A stretch of 64,000 bases of DNA from Bdellovibrionota bacterium (GTDB taxonomy: Bacteria; Bdellovibrionota_C; UBA2361; OMII01). A program made the position numbers and the translations under genes. The notes beneath the pieces were generated by a model that worked only from the letters and a program-made list of their open reading frames with translations, was not told where the DNA came from and made no database searches. Shown here piece by piece: positions 29,949 through 42,510 of the stretch; within the stretch, counting starts at the first letter, position 1, and every line of letters starts with the position of its first letter. The stretch is from NCBI GenBank assembly GCA_044356215.1, contig JBIKWQ010000001.1, positions 28,311-92,310 on the forward strand. The letters are read 5' to 3'.

Positions 29949-32900
29949 TTACACCGCGGCTAGCGTTGTCCCTTGATCAAGCGATGTTGATGGAGAAGCT
30001 TCGTCAGCATTAGCTGCCTGCTCCTCTACCAGCTCCACATCGAGACAGAGCGACTTTAATTCCTGCATCATTACGTGGAATGACTCAGGCAACCCTGGCT
30101 CTAGAACGTGCTCGCCCTTCACAATCGACTCGTACATCCTAGTCCTTCCAGCTACGTCATCTGACTTCACTGTTAAGAACTCCTGGAGTGAGTAAGCTGC
30201 TCCGTAAGCCTCGAGCGCCCACACCTCCATCTCTCCGAGTCTCTGACCTCCGAACTGCGCCTTTCCGCCCAACGGCTGTTGGGTAACGAGCGAGTATGGT
30301 CCAATTGAACGAGCATGTATCTTGTCGTCAACCAAGTGGTCGAGTTTCAGCATGTACATCACGCCCACTGTCGCTTTCTCAGAGAAAGCCTCGCCAGTGC
30401 GACCATCGTAAAGCTGAATCTTTCCATCCGCTGGAGCTCCAACGAACTTCAAGAGCTCCTGGATATCCGACTCACGAGCCGCGTCGAATACAGGGGTAGC
30501 AAATCTGATACCCTTCATCTCACGGCAGGCTAGCGTTAAGAGATCGGCGTCTGATAGCGACTGAACAAAGTTAGCGTGCGCGCTACCCTTGTAGGCCATC
30601 AACAGAACCTCGCGGATCTGCGCTACCGTCTGCTTCTTGGTCTCCGCTGTTGTCTCCGCGCGATCTACTCCCGTTAGTGGGTCCACAACCGACTCTACTA
30701 ACTCTGAGATACGACGACCTAGCAGATACGAAGCCCATCCAAGATGAGTCTCTAGGATCTGCCCCACGTTCATACGCGATGGTACACCTAGTGGGTTAAG
30801 AACCATATCAACTGGTGTGCCATCGGCGAGGTACGGCATATCCTCTTGCGGAAGAACTCGCGAGAGAACTCCCTTATTTCCATGCCGTCCGGCAACCTTG
30901 TCACCAACCTGGATCTTACGCTTGCTGGCAACGAAGACCTTCACCATCTTGATGATGCCAGGTGCCAACTCATCACCTTCCTTGAGACGCTTAATCTTCT
31001 CATTCAGGTGTGCGCGCTTGTTATTGATCAACTGGCCAGTGCTCATCACGACTTTGTTGATCTGCTCCTGTAACTTCTCGTCACCAACTTGAATATCACG
31101 GAGATACTCAAACGGAACCTCATTTAACATCTCAGCGGTCAGCTTCTCACCCTTAGCGATCAACTCAGCACGCTTCTCGTCAACGAGACGCGCTGTTGTT
31201 GTTCGGCCTACTAGGGTGTTAACGATACCCTTTAGAGCGGTGTCTTTAAGGATCTTAATCTCATCCTTCATGTCCTGCTCTAAGCGGGCGATATCGCGCT
31301 TCTCTAGCTCAATCGTACGCTCGTCTTTATCTGTTCCCTTGCGCGAGAATACCTGTGCCGAGATAACAGTTCCCTCAACTCCTGGCGGGAGCTTCAAGCT
31401 GCTATCACGAACCTCACCGGCCTTCTCTCCGAAGATCGCTCTTAAGAGCTTCTCTTCCGGGCTCAACTGAGTCTCACTCTTAGGAGTTATCTTACCTACT
31501 AAGATATCTCCAGGGTGAACCTCAGCTCCGATACGGATAATTCCTGACTCATCAAGGTTCTTAAGAGCTTCCTCTCCAACGTTTGGAATGTCGCGAGTAA
31601 TCTCCTCTTTACCGAGCTTGGTATCACGAGCGATACACTCGAACTCCTCAATGTGAACAGATGAGAAGATATCCTTCTTCACCATATTCTCACTGATCAG
31701 AACTGAGTCCTCGAAGTTGTATCCGTTCCACGGCATGAAGGCTACGAGACAGTTCTGACCTAAGGCCAACTCGGCCATGTCAGTACTCGGACCATCCGCG
31801 ATGATCTCGTTCTCGCCGATCTTCTCACCTGCCCTTACGATCGGACGCTGAGTGATACATGTATTCTGATTTGAGCGGCGATACTTCACCAACTTGTAGA
31901 TATCAACGCCTGTGTCGAGTGAATCATCAGAGACCTTATCGGCCTTGATAACGATCCTCTCAGACTCAACGGACATTACAGTTCCAGCACGCTTAGCTAC
32001 AATCGTTGCTCCCGAGTCACGGGCAACGATGTGCTCCATTCCAGTTCCAACAAGCGGCGCCTGAGAAACGAGACATGGAACAGCTTGGCGCTGCATGTTT
32101 GAACCCATCAACGCGCGGTTCGCGTCATCGTTCTCAAGGAACGGAATGAGAGAAGCCGCCACTGATACGATCTGCTTAGGACTTACGTCTAACTTTGACA
32201 CCTCTTCTGGTGGAACCAGGAGGTACTCTCCGTTACGACGAACTGGGATAGAACTCTCAGCGAGATTACCCTTGCTGTCCATCTCAATACTAGCTGGAGC
32301 GATCGTCTCACGCTCTTCCTCTAGTGCCGATAGGTAAACAACATCACCAGTTACCTTGTGGTTGTTATCAACAACGCGGTAAGGGGTCTCGATAAAGCCG
32401 AACTCGTTCACGCGAGCATAAACCGCAAGCGACGCTATAAGTCCGATGTTTGGACCCTCAGGGGTCTCAATTGGACAGATACGTCCGTAGTGAGTCGCGT
32501 TTACGTCACGCACCTCAAAGCCCGCGCGATCACGCGTTAGACCACCTGGTCCAAGCGCTGAGAGACGACGCTTATGCGTAATCTCTGACAACGGATTGGT
32601 TTGATCCATGAACTGGGATAACTGGGACGATCCGAAGAACTCCTTTACTACCGCCGCTACTGGCTTGTAGTTGATCAGGTCCTGCGGAACGAGGGTATCG
32701 ATATCTTGCATACCCATACGCTCACGGACAGCGCGCTCCATGCGCACTAATCCTATGCGATACTGATTCTCAATCAACTCACCCACTGCGCGAACACGAC
32801 GGTTGCCGAGGTGGTCGATATCATCGATCGAGTAACGCTGACCATCTGTTGAGTTGCGAAGCTCTAAGAGATAGCGAACCGTCTCCTTAATATCGTCAGG

Positions 32901-34409
32901 CGACAATACACCTTGATCCATCGGAGGAGCCTCACGGCCCTGCGATATGTACAGCTTGTGATTAAGCTTGTAACGACCGATATCCGAGAGGTCATACCTC
33001 TCAGCGTTGAAGAACAGATTCTTGAATGTAGCCTGCGCGGTTTCTGGACGCGGAGGATCGCCAGGACGCAAACGACGATAAATCTCCACCAGACTGTCGA
33101 TCGTTGGACGACCAGCAAGTCTTGAGTAAAGCGAATTATCGCCCGCCATCTTATCAGAGATTAACGTCTTCCAGAGAGACTCTCCGATGTGGTTATCCTC
33201 TACGTAGAGAACGCGAATTCTATCTAGGCCAAGCTCACGTTGCGCTGTGAGCGCGCCTCGCTCAACTATCTCACCCTTTGAGTTAACTTTATCCGCTTTG
33301 AGCTCATCTCCAGCGTTAACTATCACCTCAAATTGTGAGCAGATTAACTTCGCTTCTTTCTCATCTAAATCGAGAACAGCAGCTCCTACACGCTCACGGA
33401 TGATATCCCAACCAACGAGAACCTCACCCTTCTCAGCGATAACCTCACCGGTCTTTGAGTTGATTACGTTGTCTGTAGCTTGAATAACCGTTTCGGCGGC
33501 AACCATCCCGACAACAGAATCAGGAGCGATCTCGATCTCGTTAACACCAGCCTCACGAAGGCGGCGAATCACGGCCTTGTTGAATTTTCCACCCTGCTTG
33601 ACTAATACCTTTCCGGCATCCTTTATCTCTCTAAAGGACTTTTGGCCATCAAGTTGATCAGCCTTGAACTCTTTAGTAACCACTCCACGCTTGCCGAAAA
33701 CAAGGGTATCGGTCTTGTAATAGTTCGCGAGAATATCATCCGCCGACATACCCAAAGCGCGCAGCAACACGCTGGCGTTTAGCTTACGACGACGGTCTAT
33801 GCGCACGTGAAGGATATCCTTCACGTCGAACTCGAAATCCATCCATGAGCCGCGGTATGGAATTATGCGTGAAGAGTAAAGCAGCTTGCCGGATACATGG
33901 CTCTTTCCATCGTCGTGATCAAAGAACACGCCTGGAGAACGGTGCAGCTGGCTTACAATTACTCTCTCTGTTCCATTGATAACGAACGTACCACGCTCAG
34001 TCATCAGCGGAATCTCACCGAAGTAGACTACATCCTCCTTGAGCGCGCTTAGGTGGCGAGCACCTGTCTCAGGGTTAACATCCCAGAGAACGAGCTGAAT
34101 CGTAACGCGTAGAGGAGCTGCCCAGGTCATTCCGCGATCACGACACTCGTCCATGTCGTACTTTGGCGTGCCAAGGTTGTAAGATACAAACTCTAACGAG
34201 GCTGTGTTGTTGTAATCACGAACCGGGAAGACCGACTTAAAGACCTTTTGAAGGCCGATGTCCTCTCTCTTCTCTGGTTCTACGTTGGCTTGTAAGAACC
34301 TCTCGTAAGAGCTCTTCTGAATTCCGATCAGATTTGGAATCTCAGCGATCTCACCAATTTTTGAATACGTTTTGCGAAGGCGAAGGTTGGTCTTGATTTT
34401 TGATGTCAT
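29949..34409 (-). CDS. rpoB: DNA-directed RNA polymerase subunit beta
   Basis: [41 protein letters not shown]. Confidence 0.99.
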   Translation of the reverse strand: MTSKIKTNLRLRKTYSKIGEIAEIPNLIGIQKSSYERFLQANVEPEKREDIGLQKVFKSVFPVRDYNNTASLEFVSYNLGTPKYDMDECRDRGMTWAAPLRVTIQLVLWDVNPETGARHLSALKEDVVYFGEIPLMTERGTFVINGTERVIVSQLHRSPGVFFDHDDGKSHVSGKLLYSSRIIPYRGSWMDFEFDVKDILHVRIDRRRKLNASVLLRALGMSADDILANYYKTDTLVFGKRGVVTKEFKADQLDGQKSFREIKDAGKVLVKQGGKFNKAVIRRLREAGVNEIEIAPDSVVGMVAAETVIQATDNVINSKTGEVIAEKGEVLVGWDIIRERVGAAVLDLDEKEAKLICSQFEVIVNAGDELKADKVNSKGEIVERGALTAQRELGLDRIRVLYVEDNHIGESLWKTLISDKMAGDNSLYSRLAGRPTIDSLVEIYRRLRPGDPPRPETAQATFKNLFFNAERYDLSDIGRYKLNHKLYISQGREAPPMDQGVLSPDDIKETVRYLLELRNSTDGQRYSIDDIDHLGNRRVRAVGELIENQYRIGLVRMERAVRERMGMQDIDTLVPQDLINYKPVAAVVKEFFGSSQLSQFMDQTNPLSEITHKRRLSALGPGGLTRDRAGFEVRDVNATHYGRICPIETPEGPNIGLIASLAVYARVNEFGFIETPYRVVDNNHKVTGDVVYLSALEEERETIAPASIEMDSKGNLAESSIPVRRNGEYLLVPPEEVSKLDVSPKQIVSVAASLIPFLENDDANRALMGSNMQRQAVPCLVSQAPLVGTGMEHIVARDSGATIVAKRAGTVMSVESERIVIKADKVSDDSLDTGVDIYKLVKYRRSNQNTCITQRPIVRAGEKIGENEIIADGPSTDMAELALGQNCLVAFMPWNGYNFEDSVLISENMVKKDIFSSVHIEEFECIARDTKLGKEEITRDIPNVGEEALKNLDESGIIRIGAEVHPGDILVGKITPKSETQLSPEEKLLRAIFGEKAGEVRDSSLKLPPGVEGTVISAQVFSRKGTDKDERTIELEKRDIARLEQDMKDEIKILKDTALKGIVNTLVGRTTTARLVDEKRAELIAKGEKLTAEMLNEVPFEYLRDIQVGDEKLQEQINKVVMSTGQLINNKRAHLNEKIKRLKEGDELAPGIIKMVKVFVASKRKIQVGDKVAGRHGNKGVLSRVLPQEDMPYLADGTPVDMVLNPLGVPSRMNVGQILETHLGWASYLLGRRISELVESVVDPLTGVDRAETTAETKKQTVAQIREVLLMAYKGSAHANFVQSLSDADLLTLACREMKGIRFATPVFDAARESDIQELLKFVGAPADGKIQLYDGRTGEAFSEKATVGVMYMLKLDHLVDDKIHARSIGPYSLVTQQPLGGKAQFGGQRLGEMEVWALEAYGAAYSLQEFLTVKSDDVAGRTRMYESIVKGEHVLEPGLPESFHVMMQELKSLCLDVELVEEQAANADEASPSTSLDQGTTLAAV

Positions 34410-34884
34410 ACTTAAGTGACTCTAACAGCAAAAGCTCACCGACCTCTCGTGTCTAGGTCTGATGAGCTCCAGCGTCTCGCCCCTTTTCTTGCCATTTCAG
34501 CATCTCAGTAAGAGATACATCCATAGCTAAAAAGAGGCACCTGATTTCGCGGTTATCGACTCTACATTGAGCATCTCGACTCCCCAGGCATGAGCTCTAG
34601 CGCCGGGCAAGCGATCTACAATCGAAGTGATCTCGAACAACACGCGTCGAAATCACAAAGATGCAAGCCAGATAACCACTTAACTAAATTCACCTTGGTA
34701 ACGCAGGTGAACTGCGAACCGGGATGATAGGCTAAAATGCGGCCCAAGGGAAGACCCCGGGACCTAGCTGATGCACCCCCGACCCTGTTTATTTAGGTAT
34801 GGGCTGGTTTAACCTGCTTTCAGCTAGTTACCAGGCCACGGCCCAAATAGACCGGATCGAGGGTGCAACAAAAGTAGCTTTAGA

Positions 34885-35274
34885 CTACTTGAGGGAAGCC
34901 TTAGCTCCGGCCTCTTTGAGCTTCTTAACGAACTCCTCAGCCTCAGCCTTAGCAACAGCCTCCTTGACGAGCTTTGGAGCTCCATCAACGAGATCCTTAG
35001 CCTCCTTAAGACCAAGGCCGGTGATCTCGCGAACAACCTTAATAACCTTGACCTTCTCGGCGCCGGCATCATCCAGCATAATGGTAAACTCGGTCTTCTC
35101 CTCTGCTGCGGCAGCGCCACCAGCAGCTGGAGCACCGCCAGCAACCATTGCTACTGGAGCTGCAGCACTTACGCCAAGCTCCTCTTCTAGCTTCTTTACC
35201 ATCTTGGCAGCATCCATCAGGGACATACCCTTGATGAAATCCACAACGCCTTCAAACGTGTAGCCTTCTGACAT
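34885..35274 (-). CDS. rplL: 50S ribosomal protein L7/L12
   Basis: [26 protein letters not shown]. Confidence 0.98.
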   Translation of the reverse strand: MSEGYTFEGVVDFIKGMSLMDAAKMVKKLEEELGVSAAAPVAMVAGGAPAAGGAAAAEEKTEFTIMLDDAGAEKVKVIKVVREITGLGLKEAKDLVDGAPKLVKEAVAKAEAEEFVKKLKEAGAKASLK

Positions 35275-35340
35275 GGTTTTACTCCTTTACTAACGACACA
35301 CTAAAATTAACTAACCTAACTCCTACCCAGCTACGACTCT

Positions 35341-35901
35341 TTACGCCGCTGCTGAATCTTCTCCTCCGAGTTTCTTGCGGTAGGCCTCGATCGAACGTAC
35401 CACCTGCGCGCTCGGCTCTGACATAAGTCTTACCAAACGAGTAGCAGGCTCATTGATGAGGGCCAGCAACATAGCGAACGTCTCTTCGCGACCCGGCATC
35501 TTCGATAACGAATCAACACCAGCCGCATCAACGTATGCGCCATCAAGCCAACACCCTTTCACTCGAAATTTGTCTGCGTTCTCTTTCGCGAACTTTGCAA
35601 GCACCTTTGTTGGTGCGATCGGATCGTTATCGCAGGTAACTACTAACGTAGGCCCTACGATCGATCCTAAGAACTTCTCAAGCTCGCCTGGCTTAGCGTT
35701 TGTAGCGCACTTTGTTGACGCTAGACGCGCCAAAGTGTTTCGCACAACCCTACCCTCTGAGCCAGCTTTACGAAGCTCGCTACGTAGCTGAGTAATCTTA
35801 GCTACGGTCAATCCTCTATAATCCGCGCATACCGCTACCTGAGCCTTGGTAAACTTACCAATCAACAGATCCAACTCGGCTTGCTTCTCTGCTCTGTCCA
35901 T
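35341..35901 (-). CDS. rplJ: 50S ribosomal protein L10
   Basis: DYRGLTV, LR, V.RNTLA; position between rplA and rplL. Confidence 0.96.
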   Translation of the reverse strand: MDRAEKQAELDLLIGKFTKAQVAVCADYRGLTVAKITQLRSELRKAGSEGRVVRNTLARLASTKCATNAKPGELEKFLGSIVGPTLVVTCDNDPIAPTKVLAKFAKENADKFRVKGCWLDGAYVDAAGVDSLSKMPGREETFAMLLALINEPATRLVRLMSEPSAQVVRSIEAYRKKLGGEDSAAA

Positions 35902-35971
35902 ACAAATAAATCCTTCTCTAACTCCCGAGAAACACCTCGGTCACGTTATTTCGCTCGCCTAAATCCTAAAT

Positions 35972-36673
35972 TTAAGTCCTTAAAGGAGATACATCCAATG
36001 CAACTCCTGGGCCCATCGTTAAAGAAAGGGACGCAGCCTGGAGGTACACTCCCTTGCTCGATGAAGGCTTAGCTCTATTCAATGCCTGGAACAGGGCCTG
36101 AGCGTTATCGAGGATCTTGTCCTTACCAAACGAAGCCTTGCCGATTGATGCATGAACGATACCGGCTTTATCTACACGGTACTCAGCTCTTCCGGCCTTA
36201 ACCGACTTAACTGTCTCACCAACATCAAAAGTAACTGTTCCTACCTTAGGAGATGGCATTAAACCACGTGGTCCGAGTAGCTTTCCTACCTTACCAACCT
36301 GAGCCATCATATCTGGTGTCGCGATTACGCTGTCGAAGTCAAAGAAACCACCCTTGATCTTCTCAACTAAGTCATCACCACCGACGAAATCCGCTCCAGC
36401 GGCCTGAGCCTCCTGAGCCTTATCACCCTTAGCGAAAACAAGTACGCGCACATTCTTTCCAAGACCGTGCGGTAAAGCGATCGAGCCACGAACGTTCTGA
36501 TCAGCTTTCTTAGGGTCCACTCCTAAACGAACAGCAACCTCAACTGTCTCGTCGAACTTGGCTGACGCGGTGCTAACTACCGCGGCACAACCCTCATCGA
36601 TCGAGTACATCTTGCCGGCCTGAACCTTGGCCCGCGCTGCCCTCATTCTCTTTCCTTCTTTCTTGAGCGCCAT
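35972..36673 (-). CDS. rplA: 50S ribosomal protein L1
   Basis: [31 protein letters not shown]. Confidence 0.98.
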   Translation of the reverse strand: MALKKEGKRMRAARAKVQAGKMYSIDEGCAAVVSTASAKFDETVEVAVRLGVDPKKADQNVRGSIALPHGLGKNVRVLVFAKGDKAQEAQAAGADFVGGDDLVEKIKGGFFDFDSVIATPDMMAQVGKVGKLLGPRGLMPSPKVGTVTFDVGETVKSVKAGRAEYRVDKAGIVHASIGKASFGKDKILDNAQALFQALNRAKPSSSKGVYLQAASLSLTMGPGVALDVSPLRT

Positions 36674-36794
36674 AATCTTCTTACTTCAAAACTCTTTACA
36701 CACCCTAAGCAAACCCAACGGTGCTACTCTCGCCAACTATCCCAAGAGGCCGGTAGCCTATGGATTTAACCCTTAAAAGTCAATATCCACGGGG

Positions 36795-37220
36795 TTAATT
36801 GATAACATCAACTCCCATACTTCTCGCTGTTCCAGCGACGATCTTAAACGCCGCCTCCTCATCATAGCAGTTAAGGTCCTGCATCTTAGCCTTGGCGATC
36901 TCTTGAACCTGCGCCTTGGTGATCTTTCCTACCTTATCCTTATTTGGCACGGCTGAGCCCTTATCGAGCTTTAGAGCCTTCTTGATCAGATAAGAAACTG
37001 GTGGCGTCTTCAGCTCAAATGTAAATGAGCGATCCTTGTAAACGGTGATAACCACCGGAACAACCTCTCCCTGCTGCTTCTGAGTCTTAGCGTTGAACTG
37101 CTTACAGAACTCCATAATGTTCACGCCGTGCTGACCAAGCACTGGACCGATAGGAGGGGCTGGGTTAGCCGCGCCGCCTGTCACTTGCAACTTAATGTAT
37201 GTTGTAATCTCCTTTGCCAT
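36795..37220 (-). CDS. rplK: 50S ribosomal protein L11
   Basis: [30 protein letters not shown]. Confidence 0.98.
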   Translation of the reverse strand: MAKEITTYIKLQVTGGAANPAPPIGPVLGQHGVNIMEFCKQFNAKTQKQQGEVVPVVITVYKDRSFTFELKTPPVSYLIKKALKLDKGSAVPNKDKVGKITKAQVQEIAKAKMQDLNCYDEEAAFKIVAGTARSMGVDVIN

Positions 37221-37277
37221 CTGAACACCTCATTACTTCGAAAAATTTATCCCTGAGAGCGCCTAGCGCCTCACTCT

Positions 37278-37844
37278 TTAAACCTTCTCCACCTGCATGA
37301 AATCTAGCTCCACCGGCGTTGAGCGACCGAAGATGCTTATCATCACCTTAACCTTGCCCTTATCCGGCTTCACCTCTTCAATAGTTCCGTTGAACTCAGC
37401 GAATGGTCCATCGATTACCTTCACTGAATCACCCTGCTTGAAGTTCATCTTAGCCTTCGGTGCCTCAGCTCCCTCAGCTACCTGGTTGAAAATACGCTGA
37501 ACCTCATCCTCGCTCATCGGCTGAGGGCTGGTTGCGTCTCCTACGAAACCACTAATCTTCGGTGTCTCTTTTACTAAATGCCAGCTCTCCTCGTTCATGA
37601 CCATCTGAACAAGGATATATCCAGGGAAGAACTTACGTGTTGATGTCTTCTTCTGGCCCTTAACGAGCTCTACTACCGTCTCCTGCGGAACATGAACTTC
37701 ACCGAAAAGATGTGTTAATTTGTTAAGCCTTACGCGCTCCTCGAGTGCCTGCTTAGCCTTAGACTCAAAACCAGCGTATGCCTGGACGACATACCAGTTC
37801 ATCTTCTGCTCTGCGTTTGGCTCTGTAGTCCCTGTCGATTCCAT
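37278..37844 (-). CDS. nusG: transcription termination/antitermination factor NusG
   Basis: WYVV, FFPGY, KOW motif DGPF..F.G, IFGRSTPVEL. Confidence 0.98.
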   Translation of the reverse strand: MESTGTTEPNAEQKMNWYVVQAYAGFESKAKQALEERVRLNKLTHLFGEVHVPQETVVELVKGQKKTSTRKFFPGYILVQMVMNEESWHLVKETPKISGFVGDATSPQPMSEDEVQRIFNQVAEGAEAPKAKMNFKQGDSVKVIDGPFAEFNGTIEEVKPDKGKVKVMISIFGRSTPVELDFMQVEKV

Positions 37845-37861
37845 AGCTTTTCTAGACCTCG

Positions 37862-38080
37862 TTAACCGATCATCTTAGTCATCAACCAGTTGAAAACTAA
37901 GTCCATGACAAAAAGGCACATCGAAATAAAAACTATAATCATCACCACCACACCGGTAAGTCGCATAGTCTCCTGGCGCGTTGGGAAATTGACTTTCTTT
38001 AACTCCTCAACGCTCTCGGAAACGTAGTCAACACTACGCGAGATCAGTCCTGATGGTGCATCAGCAACCTTATCACTCAT
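37862..38080 (-). CDS. secE: preprotein translocase subunit SecE
   Basis: ELKKV.FPTR.E followed by a TM helix; immediately upstream of nusG. Confidence 0.92.
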   Translation of the reverse strand: MSDKVADAPSGLISRSVDYVSESVEELKKVNFPTRQETMRLTGVVVMIIVFISMCLFVMDLVFNWLMTKMIG

Positions 38081-38645
38081 GTGGTTATCCCTATGTAAAT
38101 TCTTCAAGCTACTCTCAGAAGAAGCCCACGTTTCTGCCACTATATCGAGGGGAAGCAACCTCTAAAGTGACACGTGGTAAGAGAGAACTCGTATCCTCGG
38201 TCGTCCCCTTTGCATCGGTGGAAACACTCCGCAGGGAGAGAAGCTAACAGAAAAGTTAATTTGGGGCAAATGCTTGGCTTAAAATAGTTGCTATGGGGCC
38301 AAGATTTAATCTCGAGAGAGTGGCAAGGAGGCTAAAACTGATTCAGAGGCCCCAAAAGAGATGTAATTTTCAATAGATACGCCATCTATCCAAGCTATTG
38401 TTTGGCCGTAATGGCGCTCATTTTAATTACTCTTTGGCTTTTAGGCCGGATTTGAGTCTGCGCAGCTAACCAAATAAAAGAGCTAGCTCTGTCTCCGGAA
38501 CACATCCTCGAGCGTTATAGCTATTTCACCCTAATCACATTAGGCGGCATCCAGGTTCCATCAATAACCGCCTTATCAGCCCAATAGGCTCGAATGTACA
38601 GGGAGAAATCCCCTTCTGGGGCTGAGACCCAGTTGGTTTCTCAAC

Positions 38646-40277
38646 TCAATTTTCTTTGACTATATCTCCCGGCTTCCAGCTCTTGTTAATGGCAGCCTCC
38701 AGAGGCCCGTAGAGTCTAAGGATAGCAAAATAACCCTTCCCGGGTACGGTTGCTAACCAGTTAGCACTCTTACCTTGCGGCGCCTCAGGACCAAAGTATA
38801 AATCAATACTACCGTCCGTATTCGACATCGGGTTGTCACGCGAACCGAGCGATGGAAATGGTTGCCCATTTGCCAATCCAGACGCGTTCTCTGCCTCATA
38901 TAAAGTTACCGACCAAAAATTCGCCGCTGGAATGCCAGCCGGCAGTCGAAGGCTATATGCGCTGGTTCCTGAGAGACTCCGCCCTTCACTGTCGGTAAAA
39001 GCAATCATATACTTGGCGCCCTTTCCAGGGATCTGAGAGAGCATTCCAGGGCTTACCGAATAATAATCGGTGAAAAACCAGATCCTAGTATCAAGGTCGA
39101 GATACCCCTCTTGAGAGCGCCTCCAAGATAGATCAAACAAGCCACTCGGTTTATCCGGTGTTGCGTCAGCCATTGGATTAACCCAGCGGCGATCCGGATA
39201 AATCTTTAAGGAACGCCCGCTCACATTATCCTTAAAGCCTATTACACGGCTCATCTTGTAGGCTGTCCGCGCGGCGTGCCCAAGGATAGCGCGAGTTTTT
39301 TCGTCCGGATTAAAGGGCTGGCCCTTGACGATCCCAATCGACGCCAGCATTCCTAAGGAATCAGCGTCTGCAAGGTGCGGACCCTCACTATCAATTAACT
39401 GCTTCAACTGATCAAAAGCGGTAGAGTCGCTTGCTGGTAGCATATTTGCTGGCACCCCTGAAGCGTCTGGAAAAACCATCTGCTTGGCCGCAGTCTTGCC
39501 GTTAAGAGGATAGACACGAGATTTCTCGATCAAGGCTACCGCGGGCTCTAAATTTTTGGGGTCCTGATAAAATGCTCTTAAGAAAATAAACACGTTGTTG
39601 GTACTAGAACGGTACACATAATATCCTGGGGGCACATCTTCCGCATATCCAGGTGGGAGGATCAGAAACTTCCCTCCCTTCCCCGCATCGGGACCTGGTA
39701 ACCCAACATCTCCAGCAAACTTACCGCCAGCTACCGGTATAGGACGCTGCCAAAAATCAAGTAAAATACCTTGTAGATTCGGAGGCGCGTCGAAAACCAA
39801 AGGCCCATCTGTTCCAAGATCAACGTAACTCATCGCGTAGATCACATCTGAGTTTGGAGTTGTCACTAATGTCTTAGCGTCCAATCTCTTCTTCCAAATC
39901 GGCAGGACGTTATAGCCAGCGCCGAAGACCTTCTCGGAGCCGTGTTTCATTCCGAGAGTATTGATAAGTGGCAGCGCCCAAAGGTAGGACTGAGTCGCAC
40001 GCTGAAATAGCAGCTCATCCATCAAAATCCGACCAGATTCTTCTGTCGGACGATTTTCTTCCATGGCGCTATCAGCTAAAGCCTCAAAGCGCTCCGCCTG
40101 GGCTATTGCCACAGTGGGTTCAGCAATACATGCCGCCATCAAAATAAGAGAGCCTACTATATGGCGTAGAGCGCCCGAAGCGCGCCTACTAAATGTACAA
40201 ACAATAGATGCGTATAGTCTTTCGATATTCAAAATATCCGCCATGTGCGCTCCGAGAAGTAATTTTGTGTAGAGCAT
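38646..40277 (-). CDS. DUF1254/DUF1214 domain exported protein (start uncertain)
   Basis: RATQSYLWALP, TPNSDVIY, DFWQR, FWSVTLY, DGSIDLYFGP, NWL.T, LRLYGP. Confidence 0.85.
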   Translation of the reverse strand: MLYTKLLLGAHMADILNIERLYASIVCTFSRRASGALRHIVGSLILMAACIAEPTVAIAQAERFEALADSAMEENRPTEESGRILMDELLFQRATQSYLWALPLINTLGMKHGSEKVFGAGYNVLPIWKKRLDAKTLVTTPNSDVIYAMSYVDLGTDGPLVFDAPPNLQGILLDFWQRPIPVAGGKFAGDVGLPGPDAGKGGKFLILPPGYAEDVPPGYYVYRSSTNNVFIFLRAFYQDPKNLEPAVALIEKSRVYPLNGKTAAKQMVFPDASGVPANMLPASDSTAFDQLKQLIDSEGPHLADADSLGMLASIGIVKGQPFNPDEKTRAILGHAARTAYKMSRVIGFKDNVSGRSLKIYPDRRWVNPMADATPDKPSGLFDLSWRRSQEGYLDLDTRIWFFTDYYSVSPGMLSQIPGKGAKYMIAFTDSEGRSLSGTSAYSLRLPAGIPAANFWSVTLYEAENASGLANGQPFPSLGSRDNPMSNTDGSIDLYFGPEAPQGKSANWLATVPGKGYFAILRLYGPLEAAINKSWKPGDIVKEN

Positions 40278-40310
40278 TAGCTTAGCCGCGCAAAGCTAAC
40301 GCGCGCAATA

Positions 40311-41645
40311 CTACAATCTCTCTGAAACCACGGCGTCGAGCCGCTCTTTCAACTGAGGCAGATTAACAGAAGAGAGCACCTCCCCCGCGAATGCGCGGAC
40401 TAGAAACGCCTTGGCATCTTTAATCCCGATGCCTCGTGAGCGCAGATAAAACAATGCGTCCGCATCAAGCTGACCTACAGTGGCACCGTGAGTGCACTTA
40501 ACGTCATCTGCCCAGATCTTTAACTGTGGGCGCGACTCAATACTCGCGTCAGTCGAGAGTAGTAGCGCTTGATTAGATTGAAACGCATTGGTTTTTTGGG
40601 CGATCTTCTCAACTGTGATCGTCCCTGAAAACACACCGCGGCTCGATCCCGCGTAGATTCCCTTAAAGTGCTCGCGACTCTCAGCGTGCGGCTCGATGTG
40701 ATGGATCAAGGTCGCGTTATCAACATGCTGATTACCACGGAGAAGCGACAATCCGTTCAAAGTGGCTTGCGAACCTGCGCCGTTAAGAAGTGTCTGCGCG
40801 TTATTTCGCGCCAACGCCGCGCCAAACGAGAAGATGTGCGCGCGCGCCTCAGCATCCCTACCCTGCGTAGCAGTCAAACCTGTAACATGATAAGCCGAAG
40901 TAGATTCGTCTTGAACTTTATAGTAATCGAGGAAAGCGCCCTGCTCAGCGGTAAGCTCAACCATCGGCAAAGAGAGATAGCGAACGCCCTCACTTCCGAT
41001 ATGTGACTCGACCACACATACGCGCGCATTAGCCTCTGCCTTAACAACCAATCTCGGAGTGAATACCGCGCCATTTGAATTTGATGTCGTTACGTGCACT
41101 ATCTGAATCGGAGTCTTTGACTCTACTCCAGCTTTAACAGTGACAATCACGCAATCAGAGAGAAGCGAAGTCGCTAACGCCGAGAATTCATCGTGGTTGT
41201 GTTGACCTAGCGCGCCAATTAAAGACTCACCTACTCCGCCCTCAAGAAGGCGGGTTACCGAAACTCCCTGTTCGGTCGCGACCTTCGAGATCTTAGGCGC
41301 GAATACACCATCAACAAAAACTAGGAAACTACCACCTTCAAGGCCCGGCAAGCGAGCTCTTTCGATGAGCTGATTTACCTCATCTACATTGCCCGCAGCT
41401 ACATCGTCTTTACGCCATGAAAATGGACCTTTCGCGATTACGTCCGGATTCGTGTACTTCCACGCCTCTAGCTTAGGGGTTGGAAAGCAGAGCCTCTTCC
41501 AAACACCTTGAGCCTGCTCGATTACCGAGAGGACGTCCTGCGATAATTTCACTGCTGAGCGAGTTTTGGCTGCCGCGACTAATGCCTCAGCCACCCAGTT
41601 GCTAACACTTACTTCCTCGCCTACCTTAGCGATCTCACTAGCCAT
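40311..41645 (-). CDS. sufD: Fe-S cluster assembly protein SufD
   Basis: EAWKYT, PQL.IWADDVKCTHGATVG, LFYLRSRGI. Confidence 0.96.
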   Translation of the reverse strand: MASEIAKVGEEVSVSNWVAEALVAAAKTRSAVKLSQDVLSVIEQAQGVWKRLCFPTPKLEAWKYTNPDVIAKGPFSWRKDDVAAGNVDEVNQLIERARLPGLEGGSFLVFVDGVFAPKISKVATEQGVSVTRLLEGGVGESLIGALGQHNHDEFSALATSLLSDCVIVTVKAGVESKTPIQIVHVTTSNSNGAVFTPRLVVKAEANARVCVVESHIGSEGVRYLSLPMVELTAEQGAFLDYYKVQDESTSAYHVTGLTATQGRDAEARAHIFSFGAALARNNAQTLLNGAGSQATLNGLSLLRGNQHVDNATLIHHIEPHAESREHFKGIYAGSSRGVFSGTITVEKIAQKTNAFQSNQALLLSTDASIESRPQLKIWADDVKCTHGATVGQLDADALFYLRSRGIGIKDAKAFLVRAFAGEVLSSVNLPQLKERLDAVVSERL

Positions 41646-41699
41646 CTAAATCACCTTTTTACACCAGCAGAGCTTTCTCCCCTGCTCTATCTCTCTTAA

Positions 41700-42464
41700 T
41701 TAGGCCGCCGCGCCTTCACGGAAAACGTTGTAGCCACGATTTTCAAGCTCAAGAGCGAGCTCCTTTCCACCTGACTGAACGATCTTGCCGTCAATCATCA
41801 CGTGAACCACATCCGGCACGATGTAATTTAGAAGGCGTTGATAATGGGTAATAACCAACATCCCGCGCTCGCTAGAACGGAGGCGATTCACACCATTGGC
41901 GACAGTCTGTAACGCGTCGATATCGAGACCTGAATCTGTCTCGTCTAATATCGCTAGTTTTGGCTCTAAAACCGCCATCTGAAAGACCTCGTTACGCTTC
42001 TTCTCTCCGCCTGAGAACCCCTCGTTAACAGCGCGTTGTAGAAGCTCGTCACTTAGCTCTAGCAACTTAGCTTTTTCCTTCACTAACTGAGAAAACTCAC
42101 GTACTGAGATCTGCGGCTGACCGCGGTGCTCGCGCGCAGCGTTTAAAGCTGTTCTTAAGAAGTAAGTTGTTAAAACGCCAGGCAACTCAACGGGGTACTG
42201 AAACCCTAAAAACAGCCCCTCACGGGCGCGAATCTCAGGATCCATCTCTAGGAGGTCCTTACCATCAAAGGTTACCTGTCCCGACGTTACCTCGTAGCCT
42301 TCCTTACCACACAGAATGTTAGCTAACGTGCTCTTTCCAGATCCGTTGACTCCCATTATCGCGTGAACCTCTCCGGGCTTAATCTCTAAGTTAATGCCCT
42401 TTAATATCTCGCGGCCATCTCCCTCGATGCGCGCTTTTAAATCAGTAATCTTGAGCAAACTCAT
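41700..42464 (-). CDS. sufC: Fe-S cluster assembly ATPase SufC
   Basis: GVNGSGKST, FQYPVE, FSGGEKKRNE, LDETDSGLDIDAL; RBS AGGTGGAG before the ATG at 42464. Confidence 0.97.
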   Translation of the reverse strand: MSLLKITDLKARIEGDGREILKGINLEIKPGEVHAIMGVNGSGKSTLANILCGKEGYEVTSGQVTFDGKDLLEMDPEIRAREGLFLGFQYPVELPGVLTTYFLRTALNAAREHRGQPQISVREFSQLVKEKAKLLELSDELLQRAVNEGFSGGEKKRNEVFQMAVLEPKLAILDETDSGLDIDALQTVANGVNRLRSSERGMLVITHYQRLLNYIVPDVVHVMIDGKIVQSGGKELALELENRGYNVFREGAAA

Positions 42465-42510
42465 ATCTCCACCTCTCCTGGTAGTTATTTTTAAAAAGGT
42501 TTTAAGAAAA

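Noticed and set aside
29949..34409. Intein in the long RpoB
   Set aside because: No C/S...HN splice junctions or LAGLIDADG motifs; the extra length is hairpin-repeat insertion.
25748..37844. Numerous antisense and alternative-frame ORFs over rpoBC and ribosomal protein genes
   Set aside because: Shadow ORFs expected from strong codon bias; no recognisable motifs or RBS.
38160..38645. rpmG or a tRNA upstream of secE
   Set aside because: No L33-like reading frame or cloverleaf found by eye.
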